Below are positions 39,601 to 50,732 of a DNA stretch of 64,000 nucleotides, piece after piece. The notes beneath the pieces were generated by a model, which saw only the letters and a list, made by a program, of their open reading frames with translations, searched no databases and was not told the DNA's origin. Source of the DNA: Balanoglossus misakiensis (taxonomy: Eukaryota; Animalia; Hemichordata). A program made the position numbers and the translations under genes. Position 1 is the stretch's first letter; each line of letters begins with the position of its first letter. The stretch lies in NCBI GenBank assembly GCA_040954595.2, contig CM082585.2, forward strand, positions 7,789,353 to 7,853,352. The letters run 5' to 3'.

Positions 39601-41425
39601 CCTGGATGCCCAAAAGAGGTTGGTTTTGAGAGTTTTTGTTTGTACGTGATGAAAATACCTTTGCCATTTTAACAACAAATAAGCACATGACACACACTAG
39701 CACATAGAATTTCATTTCAAATTGTCACTATTTGTCTGTCATTTTCTCCTTTGTTTTGTATTCACACAGGGATCAAAAGGCCTGCGCTACTCCCATCAAT
39801 GTTTAAAAACCATCTCCAGCAGTACGCCCAGGAAAAAAAGCTCGAGTTTCCAGAATACAAATCGTTACCAGCTGAATATGGTGAGATCCCTGACAGAAGA
39901 CCAATTAATTTCCAGCACATTTAATCCCTGCCACAAGTAACTAAAGAAGGTGTTTATCTCAAACAGGTTTCTTCAGCGAAGTCTGTCTTGAGGGGAAACA
40001 TTACAAGAGTAAAGAATTACGAACAACCAAGGTGGACTCCCAACAAGACGCGGCCCGAGAGGCGCTGAGGGCGCTGCAGATTTTGCAGGAGGAAAATGCC
40101 GCACCTCCATCTGCAGTGATGTCACCGTTTGACGGTAAGGAGAAGATTTTCATTGTTGTACTTTGTTAGTTTCCTGTAGATATTGTCTAGGGTACTTATG
40201 TCTGTCTGTCTTTCCGTAACCATAACTCAGATATGCTTGAACTGATGTCTTAATGGAAATTGGTACAGTAACAATTTCTGTATGTGTACAGTTCATTCAT
40301 GATATGTACAATGGTCATTTGTGCCAAAATCATACTTTATTTTTTATTCACATGCAGAGAAAGTGAACTACAAGGGTTTTCTACAGGAGCACTTTCAGAA
40401 AAAGGGACTAGCGACACCAAACTATGAGAACAGCAAAACCGGCGACAATCCACCAAAATTCACGGCGTCTGTCACAGTCTCCCAAGACGGAACGACAGAG
40501 ACCAAGACCCACCAAAGTGAAGACTCTCATGCCAGTGCTAAGAGGGCCGAGCAAGACGCCGCCAAAGCAGCACTGGAAGCGTTGCAGATCCCGCTGACGA
40601 AAGACGGAAAACCCGACGGCGACGGCGGCAGTCCGAAGGCGAAACCGGACTCACCATCCCAGGCGAAACAAGTCGTAGCAGATACATCACCGGGGAAACA
40701 AGAACCAGTTTCACTTCCAAGTATGTATCAGTTGAGATGAGTATGGGGATGGTTTTCAGTTGTATTTGATGTGCTAAGAGAGACAGGGATACAAAATCAA
40801 GCGCTGAGAACTTCAGAGTTTTGAAATAGCTCAATCAATACTCTCTGAATGATTGTCTGATACATAAGTCAGTGTAGATTTATAATTGTCATACCGTAAG
40901 ATCAAATGATGTTTAACAGCTACTACTTTGCTATTTTCAGAACGTCCTATACCAACTGATGGCAACGTGAAGGGACATCTGCAGGAGTTCATCAAAAAGC
41001 AGGGAATACCAGATGTCCCTGTGTACGAGGACATAGTCATCAATGAGAAAACCTTCACGGCCAATGTCGAGTTCAAGACGAAAGGCGTCATCCAGACCAA
41101 AGACGCCTTCAACAGCAAAAAGGAGGCAGAGAGCAGCCTGGCGAGACAGATCACAGAAGAGCTGGGACTGGATGCAGTGGGCAACCCCAAAGCCAAACTC
41201 AACGAGATGGACCCGCTGGCTAAACCGGTGTACGTGACGGACGCCATCGACCCGGAAGCAAAGGTCAAGCAGTACAAGAGCCTCGTTCTGTATGGGAAGA
41301 TAGACACCCCGCATGAGATTTCTGTGACAGGAACTGAACAGTGCACCACCAAGAAGGCGGCTCAGAAAAGTGTCGCTAAGAATGCCATCGACTTGCTGAA
41401 CAAAAATCCCCAGTGTTTTCCTTGA
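36160..41425 (+). CDS. CXorf38: CXorf38/DUF4559-like HEPN-domain protein fused to a coiled coil and four dsRNA-binding domains, 676 aa
   Basis: Exons 36160-36621, 36790-36948, 37141-37254, 37602-37770, 39770-39880, 39967-40134, 40358-40720 and 40941-41425. All are GT-AG and phase-compatible, totalling 2031 nt. The N-terminus matches human CXorf38 as recalled (EYKNWLK, WP..AWEVAK.YMPKG, D..ALLNL..NC..F, VI..RNKMMHS, F...N.DLR). Four dsRBD-like repeats follow. Confidence 0.9.
36790..36948 (+). CDS. CXorf38: CXorf38-like coding exon 2 (HEPN R-x4-H motif RNKMMH at 36802-36819)
   Basis: tacag| ... GAG|gtatgg; encodes VIQVRNKMMHSAKMEFPSAEMKQHVQVILELLRDPQELSKRPEAQKMAKTIEE. Confidence 0.92.
37141..37254 (+). 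CDS. CXorf38: CXorf38-like coding exon 3
   Basis: ttttgcag| ... GAA|gttggt; encodes LRDGTLVITEEMENGILKEKFEALECRIEELEGKLTPE. Confidence 0.82.
37602..37770 (+). CDS. CXorf38: CXorf38-like coding exon 4 (coiled coil)
   Basis: tttcag| ... AAG|gtcagt, phase 1; encodes LEGVIEEFKNFISGNQDLRKEFQNDLKSLTGRLGAVEKRVDEVAKKVDEMEKGWKQ. Confidence 0.88.
38160..39610. repeat. Degenerate intronic tandem repeat, about 6 copies of a ~130-bp core, with an inverted sub-segment
   Basis: The core gtgttcgtgcactctgggtctt...gtgtctcctg..attaccacagcaggtgcactt..atgtaaatgatctaataatcaacagaaactgata recurs at about 38180, 38535, 38728, 39030, 39268 and 39490. Confidence 0.85.
38344..38535 (-). mobile_element. Non-LTR retrotransposon (Rex1/Babar/CR1-group) ORF2 C-terminal fragment
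   Basis: Translation LSVVNCNKLLKISNTASKIIGRPTPVLSELANNATLNKARSINADVNHPLYSCFEMLLS resembles the post-RT 'L.RI...ASKIIG...L..L....KA..I..D..HPL...F..LPSG' region of these LINEs. Confidence 0.7.
39770..39880 (+). CDS. CXorf38-like coding exon 5 (dsRBD1 N-half)
   Basis: cacag| ... ATG|gtgaga, phase 1-1; encodes IKRPALLPSMFKNHLQQYAQEKKLEFPEYKSLPAEY. Confidence 0.85.
39967..40134 (+). CDS. CXorf38-like coding exon 6 (dsRBD1 C-half)
   Basis: aaacag| ... ACG|gtaagg, phase 1-1; encodes FFSEVCLEGKHYKSKELRTTKVDSQQDAAREALRALQIL...PFD. Confidence 0.85.
40358..40720 (+). CDS. CXorf38-like coding exon 7 (dsRBD2 and low-complexity linker)
   Basis: tgcag| ... CAA|gtatgt, phase 1-1; encodes NYKGFLQEHFQKKGLATPNY...PKFTASVTV...SAKRAEQDAAKAALEAL. 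Confidence 0.88.
40941..41425 (+). CDS. CXorf38-like last exon (dsRBD3 and dsRBD4, stop TGA)
   Basis: ttttcag|; encodes NVKGHLQEFIKKQGIPDVPVY..FTANVEF..SKKEAESSLAR and NPKAKLNE..KPVY..YKSLVL..TKKAAQKSVAKNAIDLL. A candidate AATAAA lies at 42154. Confidence 0.88.
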
Positions 41426-42900
41426 CTGTAGTGAGCACTTAGAGCTGCACTGACTCCGATATCCTACCTCTGACATGATGAATAGCTGATAATTGTTTCA
41501 GTACATACATGTAGTTGTGCCATGTTATGTCTGATCCCCTATGAATAGTGTTTTCGTTCGGTCCGAACCTATTGTTTTCTAAGGTGAAGTTGGACCTCTA
41601 CAGAGGGAAATGGGGTGAAAGGGTTCAAACTGCAAGGTCATCTTGACTGACAAAACAACAGATAAAATCTTTGAACTGTGTCCTATAGCTTTATGCAGCC
41701 CTGGTTTAATCTGTTTTGAAACAAAAATTCATTGCTGCATGTCATTGCTGTTGCTCTTGTTATCACTTTCTCCTGTGCAGATGTCCAGTTGCCAATATAC
41801 AAATATTTTGACTCCATACATTGAAAAAGAAATTGCTTGATTACTGTGGCAAGTGCAATTCAAATTTTGGCCATTTTCATGATTCAATTTCGCTCTGAAA
41901 GTCTGATGTAATTATTTTATTTTATTTTATTTATTCTTTAATTCAGGCCGTATGCCCATACTGTAAAAAAAACCATACAAAACAAACCCAGAAACAACTC
42001 CATAAAAGAAAGACACAAAAGAAAAAAAAATCCCAAAAACTTAATGAAGAACAACCCTGCAATATAATTCTTAGTGCTTGGCCAGCACACATTATGGCTT
42101 GTGCAATCTTAGTCTAGTAGGCTTGTGTCAAAATGTTATTTACTGATCGAGTTAATAAAACAAAGCATGAAAAACTTGTTTGTGCCTGACGTGATTTGAT
42201 ATCGAAGAATACATATGTCGAATAGAAGTCACACTGTTTCTACTTCATGCATTTATTCGAAAAAATTAGGGCGCCCTCAACATAAAAATAGAAGCAACCC
42301 AGCCACATTGTTGTAACCCGGACAACAGAAGACATGCTCAAAATGAAGGGACAACATTTTGGTTATATGGCGATTTTGTCATTTTTGAACATTTTTCATG
42401 GGTTACAGATCATAAAGATCTATAACGAGACAAATTTTCGACTTTGCGAACTTTTGATGATTTGTCAACAACACGTCTTTGTGAGACTTGTAACACTTTA
42501 TCGCAAAACTGTTTCTTATCAACTGATTATGATTGACAGAAGGAGTGCCGCATCTAGTATACGAACAGAGGCACTTGAAAGTCATCATATCACGTATGCA
42601 ACATTAACTTTCAACGAGGGCTAATCAGTGCGGGACGCTCGACTCGACTCGGGGGAATTTTTTATCATCTTTCGACGCATCTCAAATTAACCTCTGTCAT
42701 TTCATCAACGGGAGGTCAGCCGAGGGTAAAATGAAATGGCCTTCGGGTTTGTCAAAGAACCCGCACATCTGGTATATATACGCTGTCACACTTTATGCGG
42801 AGTCAGCAAATATCAACCATGTTGATTGAGGGTTTGTTTGACAAGCAGTAAAACAGAAGATGTAATGTATTCTAGTTTTGCAACCTCGCATGCATGAATG

Positions 42901-42947
42901 CATACATACATACATACATACATACATACATACATACACACACACAC
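42901..42947. repeat. (CATA)n/(CA)n microsatellite
   Basis: Seen directly in the sequence. Confidence 0.9.
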
Positions 42948-43017
42948 GTCATAGTATGTCTGATCGTTTGAAGAATGATCCGAGATATTATTAAAAATCA
43001 GAATGACACGTCCACAT

Positions 43018-43056
43018 AACAACAACCAGCAGCAACAACAACAACAACAACAACAC
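43018..43056. repeat. (CAA/CAG)n microsatellite
   Basis: Seen directly in the sequence. Confidence 0.85.
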
Positions 43057-46000
43057 AAGCTTGTACATTTCCACGCCCGCGCGCAGACGCCCCCGCGTTG
43101 ATTTCAACATTGATGACGGCGATCCGGCACTCTTTTTACGTCCATGGTGACACTGACAGGGATCAAAACACAGCACGTGGCAAACACCCGCCTTCACCGA
43201 AACGCTGTCAAGACCAATGTATTGAATCTTGTTTATTGGTACTTAAAATAGCGGGCACGTGGGTTAAACATTTTAACAGCTGTGTAATGGATAAACTGAA
43301 TTAGACAGAGACCGTGAACATGACACCGAAACCTTTACCTGACATCAGGTCACGATCGCAGACGTACACAGCGACCTTCAACTGGCACATATGTTAGGCT
43401 GACCTTGACTCCTATCAGGCTGATGTATACCGCCCTCGGCGATATATATTACATATTTCCTAATGACGCACGATTTTTATTAAAAGCCTTCAATCGCGTA
43501 TCAAATGTGCCACAGGTGTACTTGCAAACCCGGAAGACTGGGTGGTTTTTTAGTTGTTTTTAGTTCGCAAAATTCAGATTAAGGTGATTATGACGTCGGG
43601 CTTGACACAATGAAAACTTAGCTGCCAAACGCCAAACAACGAGAATAAAAGGTTGAGCTATTTTCAAGCACCCGATAAAGCTTTTTTTCTAGCAATATAC
43701 ATATGTGCGTTTTTTCTGCTTCCACCAGCCGGTCGCCAACATGTCCGATGTTGGTAATTCGATTTCCCTTTTCAAGGGCAGATTACAAGGTATCCCGCCG
43801 GAATAAAAGAAGCCGGCAAATGAGAGAGACGAGGCGATCGACTGTGATGCAAAAATCGTTGATTCCCCGAGTCTTTCAGTCGGTCGAAGAAGTCAGTCAC
43901 GACTCAGAAATTAAATGAGTTCAACTCTAATGTAGGTTCACTGAAATCGATTTTTGGGGGCAAAATTAACCGGAAATTGAATTTTACAGGGACGAGGGCA
44001 AAATACTGGTACAGTATTATCAAATGCGTGATACGTCTGACTTGTAGTGTAGCCTGAAAACTGGCGAAAATCGCGCAAAGTTTCCCGTTCTGAAGTTACT
44101 AATGGATAAGATGAGTTGCCTTGTCACGTGACCTTTGCGTGCGCGCGCGCGTTCGATAGTGGACATGCGCGTTTTCTACGCACTTTTGTCTCGACTTCTC
44201 AAGAGGAGACTATTTCTTGCAGAAAGAAACTCAGCTACTTTTCGTGCGTCGTGGAGAGAAAAAAGCGCGATGTAAAATAATCCAATTATAAAATAATACT
44301 AACACTGACCCGGTCACCCAAAGTGTCGAGGCTTTGTAAATAGCGATAATGAGATTAATTCCGCCGATTGTTATATTATTATCATTATTAAATTGTTGTA
44401 ATGCCAAAGCTCAAATCCCGCTGAGATTTCACCAGCGAATGCACTTCATTTCATCGCAGGCGGTCTTTGTGGGTAAACTATAATTAACTGAATACTGCAT
44501 TTTACTTTTTCTTTTTTTACTCAGACAAGCTGTGTCGAAAGGGGCGGGTAGCCATGAAAGTGATACGTTAGGTATACTGACATCATCGCAACTGCCACGC
44601 ACAGATGACACGAGGTTCCTATTTCCAGCCATTTTATTCGCGATCGTAAATTAGCGCCGCCCGCTACAGTGTTAAATCCGGAATGTCAACGGGCAATTTA
44701 CACATGACCTCGGGCGACCTCAAGCTGTAAACCACCACGCTATGACGTCACGGTGTTATTTGACATTCGCCTTCTTCGCGTGAGAAACACGGCGTCCGCG
44801 TCGTGAAAAGTGACACTTTCGCGACGCGCTACGCACGGAATGGTAATTTCTTTGACAGTGACTGCACGCATGCAACACACGCAGACGAAAGTCTTTCAGT
44901 AAGTAGGTCCAATTAACCGACAGATGTGGTGTTTGCAAAAAAAAAATCTTGCGTGTTTTATTTTCTGTTGGAAAACCGGACACCAACCCCACGCTGGTTG
45001 GAAACTGCTACCCTTGTTTGGAAACTTTCAAAAATGTCTGCCGACGCGTCGGTAAGATCTAAACGTTGATCCGATGAACTGATGGAAAAAAACCGCACCG
45101 GTTCACGGAAGAACCAGTACAACAGATCTGACCCTCGGGTCACGGACTATTAAAGTTTATTGTTTCAACGGGATCGAAAGAGTCAACTTCGTTTTAGCGA
45201 TGTCACATCCCCTGTGATTTTGTATACAACTATGAAAGTATATTTTATAATCTGGCTAGACCACAGTAGTAACTTGTGATGAATCGTATAAATGATACTA
45301 CTTTTAATACCACACGGGGAACGGATAGGCAGAGTTCGTATAAGAGACATATAAGCCTATCAGGGTTAATACTTTACAAGGACAAACTTAATACATGTAT
45401 TATAATACCCACATATATCCGTATAAATCCGTTCAATAGGTCATAGCTATATATAAACGACAGCTTGCAAATCCTCCTATCCTCACTTCAATCCCCATGG
45501 TTTTTTGAAGAAGAAAAAGTTGCACAATTACACTGACTTATCTTTCCTGCCGGCGATTTGCGTTGTTATAGAAAAAAACATATGTTAAAACTGCATACAG
45601 AAAGAACATTGTCACTTTAAACCAAGGATTGCCGATAAAGCTGAACTGGTGTGCATGACCTACTTCAGGAAATATGGACGAACGTGTCTATAAATAGATG
45701 CCACAGAGTGTAAAAGTTGAACGGGCGCGATGATTCACACGTGCACCATACATGACAGATACATCCGCCATCTTGAAATTCTGTCGAATACATCTATCAT
45801 CATCTATACTGCTGGACAGAAATCTATTTCAAGTGGCACTCCCATGATGTAGGTTTTGAGGCTTATTTTCCATATCAAATTATGCGATAACGGAGTACGT
45901 GTAAAATTGACAAAAACAGATTGATGTCATTGGCAGTAAACCAAATCACACTCGAAGTCATTTGATCTGCGCGTACTGCGTGCGTCCAAATATTTTTATT

Positions 46001-46128
46001 TGCTGGTTGACCATAGTACGCGCCCGTGATCTGACAGTTTTATTATAATTGCTCACTCATCTTCTGGTTAGTTTTGAGGTCAAGTGTCGTACTCCAATTT
46101 TGACAGCGCGGGGCTGATTTTAAGCTGG

Positions 46129-46232
46129 CATTCATTCATTCATTCATTCATTCATTCATTCATTCATTCATTCATTCATTCATTCATTCATTCATTCATT
46201 CATTCATTCATTCATTCATTCACTCACTCATT
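46129..46232. repeat. (CATT)n microsatellite
   Basis: Seen directly in the sequence. Confidence 0.97.
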
Positions 46233-49200
46233 GTCACAGTGATTCTGTTTTGATGTAAACACGAGTTTCCCTTATGTCAATCAACAACTGAACGTCCACC
46301 GCTTTACTTCTGAAGGTACAGTCATGTAATTGTCATGACAAACGAATGTCTATGGTACATCTAATAGGGCGGATCTGTACATCACTGAGGGTATACACGA
46401 TAATCAAATTATTGGAAAATGGAAGTGTACATTTGATAACTTTTGTTTGATTTCGTCTGCCTTAATAGAAATAATTTCTGTAACAATTCCAGCACGATGA
46501 ATCGGATGGATTTATGCGCAAAGTTTGAGTTTTCAGTTAAAAGTTTTGGAAACAAATTAATTTCCACACGGAGGCGACCAAGTGACGTCAGTCGACGTCT
46601 CATTCAACTTTTCGTTTTGAAAAGGCAGATAAATATCCTGCCTCGAAAAGGTTTAATCGAATTAGTCTTCATAAAGGCCCATTGATTTTTCTTAAAAGCC
46701 GACATTTCAGGCTTGAATATTAGTTAAAACCAAAATAGTCGATAAGACCAAAGATTTTAATGGGCCAATGATCTCTTGTTCCTTTGATTTGAGTCATTTT
46801 GTATATTCAATATATATCTTGGCCAGATTCCATAATTGTGTTTGTTTGCTTTGAATTACATCCCTATCGCATTTCAGACTCTTTGAAATCAATCGATGGG
46901 TTTCAGGTTTGAGAAGGCGATCATACGCTGCATTAACTTTCACGTATCAGAAATAAACTTGATCGTTAAAACCGAGGAGCGTGGCAAAGCGCCCACTCCA
47001 GAAAACAACTTCGTCATTTCTTTGTGACGGTCACCGTAATTTGGTAAAACCGCCCGGGAGGCATTGGTTTGAAAGTCTCAGCCTCGGTGGTGGGCGTCTC
47101 AATCATGTGTTATCAAATTTGTCAATCTATGGGATAAATAGGTATTATGAACAGCGCTTTTGATGAGATGAAAATGAACCCTTCTCGTGCGTCATAGCCA
47201 AGCAATGTTGTCGCGATTTTTTTGTAAACATGAAAGGATCGGAGGGGCCGCAACTTCATTAGAATCAAGGAAAACAGCAACTTGCAGGTTATGAGATGTG
47301 GCTAGGACTGTTAGAATGCCGTGATCACTAAGAAAAACACTGGAATATATGTAGCTGTTATCAAAGCGTGCAACCTGGTTGTATGGATACAGTATCACGC
47401 TAGACACACGGTATATGTTCAGACTCGCACGCATGATGTATATGGAGGTACATAAGAACAACTTTAAACAAGCGATATATTAAACGGGTGCCGCACCCGT
47501 TTAATCGGCCTCTATACAAAGAGTATACACTATTATCGTCGTTTGCGTTGACAAGAGATAGCAAACTGAGACAAATGCAAGTAAAATGGCTTATTTGGGA
47601 AATAATGTGAAATTTGGCAGCTCATGGGGCTCAAACTTCGCACTAATCACATAGATGACGCGGATCGGCCAAGGCTTCCCAGCGGACAGTCGCTATGCCC
47701 AGGCACAGAGCCAAGAGCGGAGAATGCCACCAGCGATCAGCTTGTCGTGGAATGCAGCTTATGGAGCAATTAGTCCAGACGCTGCACTCCTGGAGAAAAT
47801 GCCCGCACACGCTCGCTGCGGTTTTAATATAACCAGATTAAAACTGCATGCGTGAAGTGTGGTTCATCTAATAAATGCACTACCCCCTATACTTTGTATT
47901 GTTACAAAACACTTCTTAGGTTACTCGGTGAAATCACGTTCAAGTTCTCCCAGCAACCTAGGACGGGGGGGGGGGGGGTCGGTATTTCTGAATCAAGCAA
48001 CGTAGTTCTCAAATGAGAGGGGGGGGGGTTGCCTTGGTGACAGGTGCGAAAAGGTCTTTTTACACAACACAGGAAAAGATCTTTTCCAAAATGCCTCTGT
48101 GTGAGGACTTTGAATGTGAAATTACTGGCCCTGAACATTTCACTACAATCCATCAGAGGTAGAAAATATTCAAGTCATTTGGCGCTCTCCATTTTTGGCA
48201 TTTTCTGTTTCTATTTTCTGCTCAATTCTCTTAATTCGCTTGATTAATAGCTTTCTTAATGGGCCTAAGGAGAAAAGCAGGCTCTACATGACAGCCCGAA
48301 ACTTGCCAATTGTCCCGGGGTTTCTGTCCAACGTATGGTCTTATGAGACCTGTGTTATTTATTACGCCTGTATATTTCTACTGACATGTATCTAGGGGCA
48401 ATTGTTGACGTCACAGAAAACGAGAGAAGAATTCATTAAAGGGGCAATGCGGCTGTCTTCTTCCATTGCCAATGCCAAAAAAATTCTTCTCCGTAAACCG
48501 AACACCAATAATAGTTTTCCAGAACCCATGTCCGCTCTCTTCAGACATATTCCACCATTGTATTATTACCATGGACAATGGCGTCCTATTTTCAATTTAT
48601 TGTTTGACGCTAATGGAACGGTGTTCCGTTTCGGTCGTGATCAAGAATAATAGGAAAATTCATCATTATGCATCATACCCTGACAGCTTATAATCTTGTC
48701 ATTAAAAATTTAGGGGTCGCATTATCCCTGTTTTAATGGGAGCAGTATATTGGGACATTTGTAACGATCACGCTGCAGCGGTGACGTCACCCAACGCCTC
48801 CCCTCACAAAATAACACGACATGGGGAAAATCCATTTTCCCCGCATCCATTCTGAAGTATCCGCAAACACGCCGCACGAGCCGGCCATTGTCCTGTGAAT
48901 GAGGCATTTTCGCATGAGTGTACATGCTCGATTTTAATAACATAATTATCGATTACAACCGACCTCCACAAGGGAAACTCGACTCAAAGACGAAGCCTGA
49001 AAAAATTACAACAACCTCGTTTAATGGATATCGCAAACAAATTATCTGATGCCGTACGGACGCGGTTACAATGAAATTAATGTACGCCTGGAATTACTTT
49101 CTTTCATCGGCAGAATTAGAAGAAACAGGACAATAAGCATCGTTTGTACGACAGATATTATTCTAGCACTCTTGTCAACATTAATATCACAAACACATCG

Positions 49201-50240
49201 AGCATACATGTATATGGTGACGTGACGCTACTCTTGTAGCGGCGAATATCACATTAGTTGTGGTATAAATGTGAAATGCTCTTAGAATCCAATTACTTGA
49301 AAGCATCCTCTATGAAATATCGGCACAAACACTTATTTTATACGGAAAGTAATCCGCTAATTCCGCTGTAAATTCGCTGAATGAAAATGGAGTCAGAGAA
49401 CGATCGATAGAACTCCTCTAACGCTGAAAATGCATTAATAGAGTTAGTAACTGGATTTCTGAAAAGCACTGAACTAAACTTATTATTTTCATCTCCGACG
49501 TCAGTACTGTACAAACAAACGGTCGTCATCGATCCATTTCCAAAAAAATGGCGGAAAATTTTGGCAGACTATATATTGTCCCGAAATTCCCGATAGTGAA
49601 CCTATACGTGTGAGGAAATGTTCGATAGACGGAAACATCGCTAAACGGACAGAGCAGCCATTAAATTTTTTCCGTTGACAGACAGCGCACAAGAATATAA
49701 CTGCGATTTTAGTAATTTCATGGTGTCAATGACGCTTCGAACATGTAAGCTGTCTAGGAGAGAGCCGATGATTATTTTCAAAAGCGATTAGTCATTAAAT
49801 CGACGACATTGTTACACTAAAAGGCACTTACAGTTATTGAAAGTCAATATTGAACCATATACACATCCGAGAAGTTACGAACTATATCCGCACTCTTTTT
49901 TTAAAAAACTGTTAGGCTAAATTCGAACCAATTGTCTTTTGTAAGACATGTAAATGATAAACGAGTTAATTAAAAGTGTCAGAAAAACAAGTTTCCCCGG
50001 CTTTGCTGGGCGATAGTTAATTGTACATCACATGAACGCCAAGGCCGGTAGCTGGTAGCTTAGCTGAGTCGTAGAAGGACGACTTTTGTGTATGCCACAG
50101 GCAATGGTCGTAGCGACAATCGTCAATTCCATGTCCAATCATCCATACACATGTGGCCATTGTAAGTCTATTGTGCCGAGCCTAGGCCAAGCGAGGACGC
50201 AGCTTCAAAATGATGTCCCCTTCTCCGTCACTTGACCTCC

Positions 50241-50732
50241 TCATCCTCCCGCGACTATCTTCGACTCCTGTTCCAGAATCCGAAAGCACGTCGCTAAGGT
50301 CTTGGCCATCTTGTCGGCCCGCTTCCGACTGCTGCACAGAAACACGTCGCAGCGCAGCAGGTCCTCGTTCCAGCACGTGAAGGCGAACACCTTCGGCGCC
50401 GCCGCCGACGTGCAGTAGCCGATGTCTTTGACAGATATCCGGTACGAGTTCTGCGAGTTCTCCGGCTGCACCTCAACCTCGAGTCCCGGCTGGTCGATGA
50501 TCACGGCGCACTTTTTGCTGGCCACGTCCCCGAACCGGTAAGCAATCCAAAGTTCCTGCGCTATGTACGACACAAACGACGGGTCGACGATCGGTCCCTC
50601 GATATCGGCGCTTCCCAAGTACTTGCACTGGTGGACTTTGACGGCTAAGGGTTTGCTGTCGTCATTTTCGTGTCCTTTCGCGCGAGTGAGAACTCTCCGC
50701 AACTTCGCCAGTGACATCTTTCTGTTGGCCAT
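50241..50732 (-). CDS. Intronless small PTB/PID-domain protein (FAM43/LDLRAP1-like), 163 aa
   Basis: actATGG start at 50732, TGA at 50241 and GC-rich codon usage. PTB motifs: CKYLGS, IIDQPGLEV, IGYCTS..PKVFAF, LRCDVFLCSSRKRADKMAKTLATCF. Confidence 0.85.
   Translation of the reverse strand: MANRKMSLAKLRRVLTRAKGHENDDSKPLAVKVHQCKYLGSADIEGPIVDPSFVSYIAQELWIAYRFGDVASKKCAVIIDQPGLEVEVQPENSQNSYRISVKDIGYCTSAAAPKVFAFTCWNEDLLRCDVFLCSSRKRADKMAKTLATCFRILEQESKIVAGG

Noticed and set aside
40831-41476. 173-aa and 179-aa minus-strand ORFs (also 32909-33139 and 50563-50835)
   Set aside because: Antisense shadows of real GC3-rich coding exons on the opposite strand.
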